Position numbers and translations under genes: made by a program. DNA of 64,000 bases from the IMG/VR virus record IMGVR_UViG_3300023174_000045, positions 1 to 64,000 of that record. One strand, written 5' to 3'. Every line of letters starts with the position of its first letter. Within the stretch, counting starts at the first letter, position 1. This document shows positions 63,810-64,000 of the stretch, in pieces. Below the pieces are notes generated by a model that was not told where the DNA came from, searched no databases, and saw only the letters and a program-made list of their open reading frames with translations.

Positions 63810-64000
63810 TGATGCGTTTGAAAACATGACAGCAGACTTGATGAACATGGCCGAAGGAGTAGAACGTCAGCACAGCATTACTGAAGCAGCCTACGAGGCT
63901 TGGCGACTGGAATTCACGTTTGATGGCATTCGAGGTCTTAGATACGGACAGAGTTTTTGCAATCATTTCGACATAACAGATTACGTGCTGTTTTACAAAA
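63802..64000 (+). CDS. hypothetical protein, truncated by window end
   Basis: SD AAGGA; MGNDAFENM...GLRYGQSFCNHF. Confidence 0.6.
   Translation, partial: MGNDAFENMTADLMNMAEGVERQHSITEAAYEAWRLEFTFDGIRGLRYGQSFCNHFDITDYVLFYK

Noticed and set aside
1-64000. tRNA/rRNA genes or stop-codon recoding
   Set aside because: No cloverleaf with TTCGA/CCA found in the intergenic gaps; all core genes are intact in code 11

Overview
This 64-kb window is a gene-dense segment of a large, probably lytic, T4-related/jumbo-type myophage. It is most likely a freshwater phage of a Burkholderiales/Betaproteobacterial host, inferred from the porin, PstS, bS21 and phasin-like sequences. Core functions present are primase, gp41/DnaB helicase, a DnaE-like fragment, NrdA/NrdB/glutaredoxin, ATP-dependent DNA ligase, UvsE, a PD-(D/E)XK exonuclease, and head/tail/baseplate proteins including a PAAR spike tip. 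Host-takeover genes include IscU/IscA, ClpX, ClpS, two ClpP, Hsp20 and ribosomal protein bS21. Transcription signals are clear: perfect 17-bp-spaced sigma70-type early promoters, a T4-like TAAATA late motif, and many apparently leaderless genes. The strongest novel candidate is a phosphate-starvation island (38.1-43.1 kb). It carries a plcP-like phospholipase C and an agt-like GT4 glycosyltransferase (the bacterial phospholipid-to-glycolipid remodelling pair), a porin and pstS, with a UDP-glucose dehydrogenase nearby. plcP and pstS are each preceded by an 18-bp Pho box placed at identical distance from a TAAATA late-promoter core. Other leads are two promoter-driven structured ncRNA candidates, a structured leader on a GIY-YIG gene, a nucleotidyltransferase-ligase fusion among head genes, a PRMT-like enzyme between nrdA and nrdB, tandem phasin-like genes, ArfA-like and prepilin-like peptides, and several AT-rich radical-SAM/glycan-modification cassettes. 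No tRNA, rRNA, CRISPR array, intein or intron was found. All annotations come from motif recognition by eye; no database search was run.
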